Assembly (NCBI GenBank): GCA_964016885.1
Contig: OZ024749.1
Location: forward strand, 26,040,001-26,104,000
DNA length: 64,000 nucleotides
Source of the DNA: Eledone cirrhosa
Taxonomy: Eukaryota
Reading direction: 5' to 3'
The notes under the pieces are model-generated. The model was not told where the DNA came from and searched no databases. It worked only from the letters and a program-made list of their open reading frames with translations. Position 1 is the stretch's first letter. Each line of letters starts with the position of its first letter. Shown here one piece after another: positions 18,001 through 31,447 of this stretch. Made by a program: the position numbers and the translations under genes.

Positions 18001-21000
18001 ACTGTTAACACTAAGACCACCATCATCACCATCATTAGAACCAACACCATCACCACCATCAGTGTTAACACTAAGACCACCATCATCACCATCATTAGAA
18101 CCAACACCATCACCACCATCAGTGGTAACACTAAGACCACCATCATCACCATCAATAGAACCAACACCATCACCACCATCACTGTTAACACTAAGACCAC
18201 CATTATCACCATCAATAGAACCAACACCATCACCACCATCAGTGTAAACACTAAGACCACCATCATCACCATCATTAGAACCAACACCATCACCACCATC
18301 AGTGGTAACACTAAGACCACCATCATCACCATCATTAGAACCAACACCATCACCACCATCACTGTTAACACTAACACCCCCATCATCACCATCAATAGAA
18401 CCAACACCATCACCACCATCAGTGTTAACACTAAGACCACCATCATCACCATCAATAGAACCAACACCATCACCACCATCAGTGTTAACACTAAGACCAC
18501 CATCATCACCATCAATAGAACCAACACCATCACCACCATCACTGTTAACTCTAAGACCACCATCATCACCATCATTAGAACCAACACCATCACCACCATC
18601 ACTGTTAACACTAAGACCACCATCATCACCATCATTAGAACCAACACCATCACCACCATCACTGTTAACACTAAGACCACCATCATCACCATCATTAGAA
18701 CCAACACCATCACCACCATCACTGTTAACACTAAGACCACCATCATCACCATCAATAGAACCAACACCATCACCACCATCAGTGATAACACTAAGACCAC
18801 CATCGTCACCATCAATAGAACCAACACCATCACCACCATCAGTGTTAACACTAAGACCACCATCATCACCATCAATAGAACCAACACCATCACCACCATC
18901 ACTGTTAACACTAACACCACCATCATCACCATCATTAGAACCAACACCATCACCACCATCAGTGTTAACACTAAGACAACCATCATCACCATCAATAGAA
19001 CCAACACCATCACCACCATCAGTGTTAACACTAAGACCATCATCATCACTATCAATAGAACCAACACCATCACCACCATCAGTGTTAACACTAAGACCAC
19101 CATCATCACCATCATTAGAACCAACACCATCACCACCATCAGTGGTAACACTAAGACCACCATCATCACCATCATTAGAACCAACACCATCACCACCATC
19201 AGTGTTAACACTAAGACCACCATCATCACCATCATTAGAACCAACACCATCACCACCATCAGTGGTAACACTAAGACCACCATCATCACCAACAATAGAA
19301 CCAACACCATCACCACCATCAGTGTTAACACTAAGACCATCATCATCACCATCATTAGAACCAACACCATCACCATCATCAGTGATAACACTAAGACCAT
19401 CATCATCACCAACAATAGAACCAACACCATCACCACCATCAGTGTTAACACTAAGACCACCATCATCACCATCAATAGAACCAACACCAACACCATCATC
19501 AGTGTTAACACTAAGACTACCATCATCACCATCATTAGAACCAACACCATCACCACCATCAGTGTTAACACTAAGACCACCATCATCACCATCATTAGAA
19601 CCAACACCATCACCACCATCAGTGTTAACACTAAGACCACCGTCATCACCATCATTAGAACCAACACCATCACCACCATCAGTGTTAACACTAAGACCAC
19701 CATCATCACCATCAATAGAACCAACACCATCACCACCATCAGTGTTAACACTAAGACCACCATCATCACCATCAATAGAACCAACACTATCACCACCATC
19801 AGTGTTAACACTAAGACCATCATCATCACCATCAATAGAACCAACACCATCACCACCATCAGTGTTAACACAAACACCACCATCATCACCATCATTAGAA
19901 CCAACACCATCACCACCATCAGTGTTAACACTAAGACCATCATCATCACCATCACTAGAACCAACACCATCACCACCATCAGTGTTAACACTAAGACCAC
20001 CATCATCACCATCATTAGAACCAACACCATCACCACCATCAGTGTTAACACTAAGACCATCATCATCACCATCATTAGAACCAACACCATCACCATCATC
20101 AGTGATAACACTAAGACCATCATCATCACCAACAATAGAACCAACACCATCACCATCATCAGTGTTAACACTAAGACCACCATCATCACCATCATTAGAA
20201 CCAACACCATCACCACCATCAGTGTTAACATTAAGACCACCATCATCACCATCATTAGAACCAACACCATCACCACCATCAGTGTTAACACTAAGACCAC
20301 CATCATCACCATCAATAGAACCAACACCATCACCATCATTAGTGTTAACACTAAGACCACCATCATCACCATCATTAGAACCAACACCATTACCACCATC
20401 AGTGTTAACACTAAGACCACCATCATCACCATCAATAGAACCAACACCATCACCATCATCAGTGTTAACACTAAGACCACCATCATCACCATCATTAGAA
20501 CCAACACCATCTCCACCATCAGTGTTAACACTAAGACCACCATCATCACCATCAGTGTTAACACTAAGACCACCATCATCACCATCAATAGAACCAACAC
20601 CATCACCACCATCAGTGTTAACACTAAGACCACCATCATCACCATCAATAGAACCAACACCATCTCCACCATCAGTGTTAACACTAAGACCACCATCATC
20701 ACCATCAATAGAACCAACACCAACACCATCATCAGTGTTAACACTAAGACCACCATCATCACCATCAGTGTTAACACTAAGACCATCATCATCACCATCA
20801 ATAGAACCAACACCAACACCATCATCAGTGTTAACACTAAGACTACCATCATCACCATCAGTGTTAACACTAAGACCACCATCATCACCATCAGTGTTAA
20901 CACTAAGACCATCATCATCACCATCAATAGAACCAACACCAACACCATCATCAGTGTTAACACTAAGACCACCATCACCACCACCAGTGTTAACACTAAG

Positions 21001-22735
21001 ACCACCATCATCACCATCAATAGAACCAACACCATCACCACCACCAGTGTTAACACTAAGACCCCCATCATCACCATCATTAGAACCAACACCATCACCA
21101 CCATCAGTGTTAACACTAAGTCCACCATCATCACCAGCAATAGAACCAACACCATCACCACCATCAGTGGTAACACTAAGACCACCATCATCACCATCAT
21201 TAGAACCAACACCATCACCACCATCAGTGTTAACACTAAGACCATCATCATCACCATCATTAGAACCAACACCATCACCACCATCAGTGGTAACACTAAG
21301 ACCACCAACATCACCATCAATAGAACCAACACCATCACCACCATCAGTGTAAACACTAAGACCACCATCATCAACATCAATAGAACCAACACCATCACCA
21401 CCATCAGTGTTAACACTAACACCACCATCATCACCATCATTAGAACCAACACCATCTCCACCATCAATGTTAACACTAAGACCACCATCATCACCATCAA
21501 TAGAACCAACACCATCACCACCATCAGTGTTAACACTAACACCACCATCATCACCATCATTAGAACCAACACCATCTCCACCATCAATGTTAACACTAAG
21601 ACCACCATCATCACCATCATTAGAACCAACACCATCACCACCATCATCACCATCAATAGAACCAACACCATCACCACCATCAGTGTTAACACTAAGACCA
21701 TCATCATCACCATCAATAGAACCAACACCATCTCCACCATCAGTGTTAACACTAAGACCACCATCATCACCATCAATAGAACCAACACCATCACCACCAT
21801 CAGTGTTAACACTAAGACCACCATCATCACCATCAATAGAACCAACACCATCTCCACCATCAGTGTTAACACTAAGACCACCATCATCACCATCAATAGA
21901 ACCAACACCATCTCCACCACCAGTGTTAACACTAAGACCATCATCATCACCATTAATAGAACCAACACCATCACCACCATCAGTGTTAACACTAAGACCA
22001 CCATCATCACCATCAATAGAACCAACACCATCACCACCACCAGCGTTAACACTAAGACCACCATCATCACCATCAATAGAACCAACACCATCACCACCAA
22101 CAGTGTTAACACTAAGACCACCATCATCACCATCAATAGAACCAACACCATCACCACCACCAGCGTTAACACTAAGACCACCATCATCACCATCAATAGA
22201 ACCAACACCATCACCACCATCACTGTTAACACTAAGACCACCATCATCACCATCATTAGAACCAACACCATCACCACCATCACTGTTAACACTAAGACCA
22301 CCATCATCACCATCAATAGAACCAACACCATCACCACCATCAGTGTTAACACTAAGACCACCATCATCACCATCATTAGAACCAACACCATCACCACCAT
22401 CAGTGTTAACACTAAGAACACCATCATCACCATCAATAGAACCAACACCATCACCACCATCAGTGATAACACTAAGACCACCATTATCACCATCAATAGA
22501 AACCAACATCATCACCACCATCAGTGTTATTACTAAGACCACCATCATCACCATCATTAGAACCAACACTATCACCACCATCAGTGTTAACACTAAGACC
22601 ACCATCATCACCATCATTAGAACCAACACCATCACCACCATCAGTGTTAACACTAAGACCACCATTATCACCATCAATAGAAACCAACACCATCACCACC
22701 ATCAGTGTTATTACTAAGACCACCATCATCACCAA
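1..22735. repeat. 60-bp tandem minisatellite, about 380 units, running off the left edge of the window
   Basis: Unit ACCACCATCAGTGTTAACACTAAGACCACCATCATCACCATCAATAGAACCAACACCATC repeats in register with the 60-nt lines. Occasional 33-bp short units and a few recurrent substitutions. Confidence 0.99.
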
Positions 22736-23830
22736 CAACCACGCAAACACTACCACCATCAACTTCACCAACAACAACAACACCACAAGCATAACTAACA
22801 CCATGATGACTACCACCAACATCAACAACACCAACACCGTCACATACAACATGCCAAGCAACACCACCAACACCATCAACACTACCACCAACAACTACAA
22901 CAATAACCAACGCAAATAACACCGCCATCACCACCAACAACACCACTGCCTACACAACCAACAATACCACAACAACACAACCTATACCACTGCCACCAAC
23001 AACACCACAACAACACAACCTACACCACTGCCACCAACAACACCACAACCAACACCATCAACATCAATGACAGCACCACAACCTACACCACCAGCACCAC
23101 CACCAACAACAACCTCAACGACAGCACCACAACCTAGACCACAACAACACCACAACTTACACCACAACTACCAACAAGAACCAACATCACCACCACTAAT
23201 AACATCAACACCCCAACCTACACGACCAACAACACCACAACCACCACAACGCCACAACCACCACAACACCAGAACCACCACAACGCCACAACCACCACAA
23301 CACCACAACGAACACAACACCACAACGAACACAACACCACCACCACAACATCACCACCGCAACAGCACAACCACAACAACCTCCACAACACTTCAACCAC
23401 CACAACACCAACACCACAACCACCACCAACAACAACTCCACAACCACCACAACAACACCACCACAACCACCACAGCACCACAACCACCACCAACAACAAC
23501 TCCACAACCACCACAACACCACAACCACAACCACCACAACCACCACAACACCACAACAACCCCACCACAACCACCACAACACTACAACCACCACCAACAA
23601 CAACTCCACAACCACCACAACACCACAAAAACACCACCACAACCACAACACCACAACAACACGACCACAACAACCACCACCAACAACAACACCACAACCA
23701 GCACCACAGCCACAACTCCGCCACCACCACAACCACCACAACCACCTTAAGACCACAACACCACCACCACAACCACCAGAACCACCAAAAGACCACAACA
23801 CCACCACCACCATCACCACCAACGACACTA
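22736..23830. repeat. Degenerate (CAA/CCA)n low-complexity tract
   Basis: Continuous cacaac/caccac triplet runs directly following the minisatellite. Confidence 0.9.
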
Positions 23831-23970
23831 ACGTCATTATCATGTGCCACCTTTAACTGTTCTACTGTTGTTCTATATTATATTAAGCGCCATTACTGTT
23901 TGATGAAAATTACTCCATTGAAATGTGTTTTTTTCCCGCCGGCCATCAACTCCCGTCTATCGAAAACTAC

Positions 23971-25380
23971 GGCACAACACAAACACACACACACATACAC
24001 ACACATACCATACACACACATACACACACACACATATACATAGTCACATACACATATATACATACACATACACACATACACACATTTACATAGTCACATA
24101 TACACATATATACACATATGATACACATATGCACACATACATAGTCACACATTCACACATGCACATATACAGAGTCACATATACACACTTACACACATAT
24201 GCATATATACACATTTACACATATACACATATACAGTCACACATTCATCCGTACACACATGTACGCAATCACAAATGCGCACATACACACTGTGATACAT
24301 ACACACATATATATACACACACAAACATACATACAGACAATCACACATACACACAATCCCACACACACACTGTGATACATATATATAATTGTTTCTACTT
24401 TAGGCACAAGGCCAGCAATTACCCAGTGCATTACTGGTACTTTATTTTATCGACCCCGTAAGGATGAAAGGCAAAGTCAACCTCGGCGGGATAATCACAC
24501 ACAAACATACATATACACAATCCCACATACACACAATCCCACATACACACAATCATATAAACACACAATCATATAAACACACACTCATACATACACACAA
24601 TCACACATTTACAAAATCATACACATACACAATTATACATAAACACACACACACATACCCATAAACGTGGGTGTACGCAAGTACGCACTTAAACAGTCGC
24701 ACACATAAATAGACGCAAGTACATACAAACACACACATACGCAGACATACTACAACACACACAAACACACACACAAACACACACACAGAGACGCACGTAA
24801 TATACTAATATACATACTAAATAACCACATGCAAACGCACACATATGCCCAAAGGGATTATATAGATACACATAGAAACACATACATGTAGACTGATACA
24901 CACATATATAATCACACACAGACACACACATACGCATAGGCACAATAATACAATCACACAATCACACGCAATAAACACACATATGCAGGCATATTACACA
25001 TATCAGAGCACACACATACATATATATATATATAGACATACACCTACATGTACATATGCAGATACACACAATCGCACGCATATATACTCTCTCTCTCTCT
25101 CACACGTATACAAGCAAGCCCAACACATATACACACACACGTAGAAAACTCATACAATCACACTAACACACTCAACACACAAACACTCCCGAAGAGACGC
25201 AAACACACGCACACACGCGGGCGCTGGAAAATTAGTAGACACATACAAACACACACATAAGCATACGTATACACCCACTCATATACAGAGGACAATTAGT
25301 AGACACATACAAACACACACAAGTATAGATGCACACACACAAACATAAACAAGCACACACTCCATATACTATAGATATAT
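23971..25380. repeat. Degenerate (CA)n/(CATA)n low-complexity region
   Basis: acacac/catata-rich sequence. Confidence 0.85.
24387..24492 (-). mobile_element. SINE fragment (octopus-type, 3' part)
   Basis: Reverse complement matches the copy at 36620-36800: cccgccgaggttgactttgcctttcatccttacggggtcgataaaataaagtaccagt...ggccttgtgcctaaagtagaaac. Confidence 0.8.
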
Positions 25381-25428
25381 ATAGAACATTTAGACAACGA
25401 AATAATCCCAAGAAGAAATCACTTAAAA

Positions 25429-27277
25429 GTGTGGTGTAATGTGGTGGTTGTGGTGTGGTGTAGTGTGATGTAGTGTGGTGTAGTGTGGTGTGGTGTGATG
25501 TAGTGTGATGTAGTGTGGTGTGGTGTGATGTAGCGTGGTGTAGTGTGGTGTGGTGTAGTGTGATGTAGTGTGGTGTGGTGTGGTGTGATGTAGTGTGGTG
25601 TAGTGTGGTGTTGTGTGGTATAGTGTGATGTAGTGTGGTGTAGTGTGGTGTGGTGTGATGTAGTGTGATGTAGTGTGATGTAGTGTGATGTGGTGTGATG
25701 TAGTGTGGTGTAGTGTGATGTAGTGTGGTGTAGTGTGGTGTGGTGTGATGTAGTGTGATGTAGTGTGATGTAGTGTGGTGTGGTGTGATGTAGTGTGATG
25801 TAGTGTGATGTAGTGTGATGTAGTGTGGTGTAGTGTGGTGTGGTGTGATGTAGTGTGATGTAGTGTGATGTAGTGTGGTGTAGTGTGGTGTGGTGTGATG
25901 TAGTGTGATGTAGTGTGGTGTAGTGTGATGTAGTGTGGTGTGGTGTGATGTAGTGTGATGTAGTGTGATGTAGTGTGATGTAGTGTGGTGTGGTGTGATG
26001 TAGTGTGATGTAGTGTGATGTAGTGTGGTGTAGTGTGATGTAGTGTGGTGTAGTGTGGTGTGGTGTGATGTAGTGTGATGTAGTGTGATGTAGTGTGGTG
26101 TAGTGTGGTGTGGTGTGATGTAGTGTGATGTAGTGTGATGTAGTGTGATGTAGTGTGGTGTTGTGTGGTGTAGTGTGATGTAGTGTGGTGTAGTGTGGTG
26201 TGGTGTGATGTAGTGTGATGTAGTGTGGTGTGGTGTGATGTAGCGTGGTGTAGTGTGGTGTGGTGTGATGTAGTGTGATGTAGTGTGATGTAGTGTGGTG
26301 TAGTGTGGTGTGGTGTGATGTAGTGTGATGTAGTGTGATGTAGTGTGATGTAGTGTGGTGTAGTGTGGTGTGGTGTGATGTAGTGTGATGTAGTGTGATG
26401 TGGTGTGATGTAGTGTGGTGTAGTGTGATGTAGTGTGGTGTAGTGTGGTGTGGTGTGATGTAGTGTGATGTAGTGTGATGTAGTGTGGTGTTGTGTGGTA
26501 TAGTGTGATGTAGTGTGGTGTAGTGTGGTGTGGTGTGATGTAGTGTGATGTAGTGTGATGTAGTGTGATGTGGTGTGATGTAGTGTGGTGTAGTGTGATG
26601 TAGTGTGGTGTAGTGTGGTGTGGTGTGATGTAGTGTGATGTAGTGTGGTGTAGTCTGGTGTGGTGTGATGTAGTGTGATGTAGTGTGATGTAGTGTGGTG
26701 TAGTGTGGTGTGGTGTGATGTAGTGTGATGTAGTGTGATGTAGTGTGGTGTAGTGTGGTGTGGTGTGATGTAGTGTGATGTAGTGTGGTGTAGTGTGATG
26801 TGGTGTGATGTAGTGTGGTGTAGTGTGGTGTGGTGTGATGTAGTGTGATGTAGTGTGATGTAGTGTGGTGTAGTGTGGTGTGGTGTGATGTAGTGTGATG
26901 TAGTGTGATGTAGTGTGGTGTAGTGTGTTGTAGTGTGGTGTGGTGTGATGTAGTGTGATGTAGTGTGATGTAGTGTGGTGTGGTGTGATGTAGTGTGATG
27001 TAGTGTGATGTAGTGTGGTGTAGTGTGATGTAGTGTGGTGTAGTGTGGTGTGGTGTGATGTAGTGTGGTGTAGTGTGGTGTGGTGTGATGTAGTGTGATG
27101 TAGTGTGGTGTAGTGTGATGTGGTGTGATGTAGTGTGGTGTAGTGTGGTGTGGTGTGATGTAGTGTGATGTAGTGTGGTGTAGTGTGGTGTGGTGTGATG
27201 TAGTGTGATGTAGTGTGGTGTAGTGTGATGTAGTGTGGTGTGGTGTGGTGTGATGTAGTGTGGTGTGGTGTGGTGGT
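25429..27277. repeat. Pentameric satellite of TAGTG/TGATG/TGGTG units
   Basis: About 1.85 kb built almost entirely from three 5-mers. Confidence 0.97.
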
Positions 27278-27372
27278 GTACACTGTGCTGTAAAGTGTAC
27301 ATACATACATATATATATACATACGTACATACATACATACATACATACATACATACATACATACATACATAC

Positions 27373-27908
27373 ATGATGGCTGCAAACTCTGCTAAGAATA
27401 TTGCAATCGTTTGTCAGATTATAGAAATGGTGTACTTTTAGGTTACGGCCAGCCACACGAACTTGTAACATAACCTGAACAAGCAATGCCTGTGCTTTGA
27501 GGATTTTTAAGTGGGGAAAGGCCTTGCACTCGACCAATCCCACTCTCTGAGCATCGAAAGCACACTCCCCGAAAAGGAGAACTGGTTAACATCATCGGTT
27601 ACTTCGGAAACCGAAGATTTTTTTTTGTTTTTTTTCAGATTTTCCCTCCCCTAGAAAGGTGTTGTGACAACAACTGAGGGCCTTTCACTTCCAGGTGACA
27701 AAAAAAGTACTATTTGGATGGCCGTTGACACTACTGAGTTCCTCCGCCCTTTGCCGTGTCTTGTATTTCATCCCACAGGGTGTCCAAATATCACCCCCCT
27801 CACCAAGCTAGCTTAGTGCTGGTTGCCGGTTTAGTCGCCGACGACCCGACCTTGAGACAGATTGTACGGGGTTATATGTTACCAGCTTCACTCGAGAGCG
27901 ACCTGACA
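27373..27908 (-). mobile_element. Putative non-autonomous RTE-derived element (RTE-like 5' UTR plus RTE-like 3' terminus)
   Basis: Minus strand has RTE 5'UTR-like motifs recalled from other RTEs (ggtgaggggggtgatatttggacaccctg, ggcaaagggcggaggaact, ctaggggagggaaaatctga). It ends in gcagccatcat like the RTE at 56575 and is flanked by (CATA)n on both sides. Confidence 0.5.
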
Positions 27909-27933
27909 TACATACTTATAGACGTATAATAGG

Positions 27934-27979
<46 letters not shown>

Positions 27980-28209
27980 AAGTTATATTTAAAATTGTTG
28001 GGTTACAACTAGTAAATATTTATAACTGATATAAAAGCACTCGACAAATACTTGGAGTATATTTACAATATTAAATAACAATATTAAATAACAATATTAA
28101 ATAATAGTACATAGATAATGATAAACAAACTAAACAAAGTAACAACTTTTTTAATTACGGCAACAACATTAACAACTATAATAGAAAGCATTACAATAAT
28201 TCCAAAGGA

Positions 28210-28903
28210 CAAAAAAGAAATAGAACTAGGAACATAATTTGGTTTGCCCCCCCCCCCTTTCTCACTAAACATTAAAACCCACATCGCTAAATTATTTTTC
28301 AAAGCTCTTGATAATCGCTTCCCTAGAACACATAGGTACCACTCAATCTTCAATAGGCATACAATTAAATTAACCTACTCATCCACCAAAAATTTAGCAC
28401 AAAATATTAATAGAATAAATAATAGGAACTTAAAACCTACTGATAATAGCATAAATAATATACAAGTTAACAAATGTAACTGTAGAGATAGATCTAAATG
28501 TCCGTTAAATAACAACTGCTTAGTTAAAAATATAGTATACAATTGTAATGTTAATACTGACTCTAATTCTTTTAACTACGTCGGTTCCACATCGACGGAA
28601 TTTAAACTTCGCTATAATAACCACAAGAATTCTTTCACAGATCCAAATAAAAAATCTTCAACGGCACTATCAGGTGTACTCTGGCAACTTAAGCTAGATA
28701 ACGTTAGATATTCGACGGCTTGGAATATAGTCTCAAGAGGGATTCCTTTTAATTCATCCTCTGAGACATGTGACCTCTGCGCAGAGGAGATATTCTTTAT
28801 ACTAAAATCTAAAAATTCCCTTAACCTACGGACAAATTTATTCAGTTGTTGCAAACATAGATTAAACTCAACGTTTAAATATAAATTTAAATTTAAAATG
28901 TAG
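28210..28903 (+). pseudogene. PLE linker and GIY-YIG endonuclease fragment
   Basis: RNIIWF-PPFSLN (frameshift in the poly-C run), IFNRHTIKLTYS, CNCR..CPLNNNCL, IVY...YVGST..FKLRYNNHKNSF, CDLC..E, LNLR...CCKHR. Confidence 0.85.
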
Positions 28904-29279
28904 TATATTTAGTTTGATTTATATTTATATGAGAACTAGCCGATAAATCTTTTGATTCCTAAATCTTTGATTCCCTCTTTTTACTCTTTTTATTGTTTAT
29001 TTTATGTTATTTATTTTTATTTTTATTTTTATTTTTATCTAAACATTCCTCATGAAAAATTAAGCTACCCTAAAAGCCGATGCTCCAAATTTTTTGAATT
29101 AACCTTACACTTGATAAACTTATATATTAAATATAGGAACATATGTAGACATTATTGGACATCATAATCTTTTTTGCGATATTCCTTGCTAGATGTGATT
29201 TGATAGATAATTTTTGGCTTTGTCTTGTAGTGAACTTGGCAATATATTGTCAATTAACTTTGAAGGGTTGTTCTTTGTG

Positions 29280-29360
29280 GTTTATTTTTATTTTCATTTT
29301 TATTTTTATTTTTATTTTTATTTTTATTTTTATTTTTATTTTTATTTTTATTTTTATTCT
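29280..29360. repeat. (TTTTTA)n microsatellite
   Basis: Direct reading. Confidence 0.9.
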
Positions 29361-30039
29361 TTTAGTATTGTAGTATTCTATAATATTTTTATTTTTTATT
29401 TTATTTTATTTTTATTTTTAATATTTTTATATGTAAATTTTTATTTTTTATTTTTAATATTTTTTTATATGTAAAGTTTTAATACGTAATATTTTTAATA
29501 CGTAGTATTTTTAATATGCAATATTTTTATTATGTAATATTCTTTCGTAATATTCTTTTTTAGTTTTCTATTCTATATTTTTATATTTTTATATATTTTT
29601 ACTTATTATCATTATTATTGTTATTTCTGCTTATAATATAATATATATTTTCGATTAGTATATTGAAATCTGCTCTCTATTTCTGCTTGATAGATAATCT
29701 TGTAGAGTAATCGCAAGAATAATAATACGCTCAAATTTTTATACCACATTGAGAATGTTTTCCGGTAACTTTGAATTTGCGGAGTGAATCAGTTGAATTC
29801 ACATAGACATATGAATTTTTAAAAAAACTAAACATAAGATAATGAATTTTCACGCATTGTGAATACTTGTTTCATTCAGGAATACTGATATTTACAATAT
29901 AGTGTAAGTTTTATAAATACTAATACATTAAAACATAGGGTTTTCTACGCCTCGAATATGTCTGGCTATTTTTAAATTTTTTCTCTCTCTATATCTCTAT
30001 ATATCTCTCTATATATCTCCCTTACATTAATACTTGAGC

Positions 30040-30074
<35 letters not shown>

Positions 30075-30443
30075 ATGCATCATTGATACACTTACTCAAA
30101 ATGACCTCCCACTACCTAATTTTTCTATATCTATATTTATATATGTATCTATCTCTATTTCCTCTCTCTCTATATATATATATATATCTTTCTGTCTCTT
30201 TACATGAAGCTCTTCGCTTTATCTATTTTTCCATCTCTCTATTTTGTCCCATGCATTTCTTCTTTTTCTTTTTCTTCTTTTTCTTCCTTTTCTTCGTTTT
30301 GTCTTTCTTTCTTTCTTATTTCCCTCTTTTCTCTCTCTCTTTCTTTCTCTCTGTATTTTCACTGCTAGAGTAAACCTCTTCAAATGAAGTTGATGTTTAT
30401 TACGGTATGTCGAATATATTTATCTATAAAACTGTTTATATTG

Positions 30444-30509
30444 TATTTTGTCTGATGAAGGCATAGCATATTGTTAATATGATATCCCCGAAATATATAT
30501 AATGAAATA
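30444..30509 (+). ncRNA. Minimal type I hammerhead ribozyme, family A
   Basis: tattttgt CTGATGA aggcatagcatatt-gtt-aatatgatatcccc GAAA tatata TA atgaaata. Stem I is 8 bp with G-U pairs, stem II is imperfect, stem III is palindromic. Confidence 0.75.
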
Positions 30510-30547
30510 AATATGGTTTTATAAATATAGTTTTCCATTTATTTAAT

Positions 30548-30602
<55 letters not shown>

Positions 30603-30752
30603 GAGTTCTTTTACAAAATGGAAAAAAAACGAGATGTCCTACACGAGTGAAAGTATAGGGAAAAAATGTGAAATCGAAAATGCAACTGGAGTCTTTTTAA
30701 AAATATATATTTGGTTCCTTTACCGGTTTTGCAGTTCTTGTGCTTTTCAAAA

Positions 30753-30789
<37 letters not shown>

Positions 30790-30993
30790 CATGACGAAAA
30801 CAAGAGAACAAAAATACAAAGACTGAGTATAGCATATATTTAGTATATTAGTTTAACGCTCAATAGAAGAAAGCTAATGTTAATACATAATAGTTGGGGC
30901 TGCACCCTTCTGAAAATTGTGAAAGAATGACTAAAAGATGCAGAAAGATAGTTACACATGCACATATGACACCAGAGCAAATGTAACCTTAGA

Positions 30994-31040
30994 AATTACA
31001 CTTTTGATGAGCTCATCAGAGCGAAAACTAGTTAGTAATT
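30994..31040 (+). ncRNA. Hammerhead-like motif with C3->U core variant
   Basis: aattac actt TTGATGA gctc-atca-gagc GAAA actagt TA gtaatt. Confidence 0.55.
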
Positions 31041-31153
31041 TGTTTTGTATGATTTAACTTCTTACGGTTTTGAAATGTAGATTAGCATCTGTATGTATTG
31101 AGAGAAGATTAGGTACAAGTGTGTCCACAACTCTTAACTATTGTCATATTCCT

Positions 31154-31216
<63 letters not shown>

Positions 31217-31360
31217 CAGGGCTTGTAACGACCGGTTACTGTAGGTTCCCCAGAGTGAGCACTCGATGCTTAGTTTCCAGTAAGTATAAATGTGTAGTAA
31301 TAAGCAGAGTGTAATACTAATAATAAAAAGGGCGATTTGCTAGGTCTTCATTACGCTCGA

Positions 31361-31447
31361 GTAGTGACGAGCTTTTGATTCCAGAGTCGGACCAGATCGA
31401 TACAGATCGAACTTTGAGCTGATCAATCGCGAAACGCACGTCACTAG
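31361..31447 (+). ncRNA. Degenerate hammerhead-like motif with long stem II insert
   Basis: gta GTGACGA gc...(about 56 nt)...gc GAAA cgcacg TC actag. Core and stem I are damaged. Confidence 0.35.

Larger units (their letters stand above)
27975..30552 (+). mobile_element. 5'-truncated Penelope-like element (probably Naiad-type) with GIY-YIG C-terminus, long AT-rich 3' region and hammerhead-bearing terminal repeat
   Basis: GIY-YIG coding segment at 28.2-28.9 kb, hammerhead at 30444-30509, and a terminal segment repeated at 34931-35205. Confidence 0.75.

Noticed and set aside
555-22717. ORFs of up to 7300 aa (Thr/Ile, Pro/Ser and Val/Met-rich)
   Set aside because: They follow from a 60-bp unit without stops in several frames. 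There is no synonymous bias, no non-repetitive domain, and the ATG at 562 arises from a local indel.
1-22735. CRISPR-like array (palindromic repeat at regular spacing)
   Set aside because: There are no unique spacers and no cas genes, and the context is eukaryotic.
25232-27543. His/Thr-rich ORFs in all three minus frames
   Set aside because: These are translations of the pentamer satellite.
27820-27908. HDV-like ribozyme at the RTE-like 5' end
   Set aside because: P4, CTAA and a possible P2 are visible, but P1 and P3 could not be assigned by eye.
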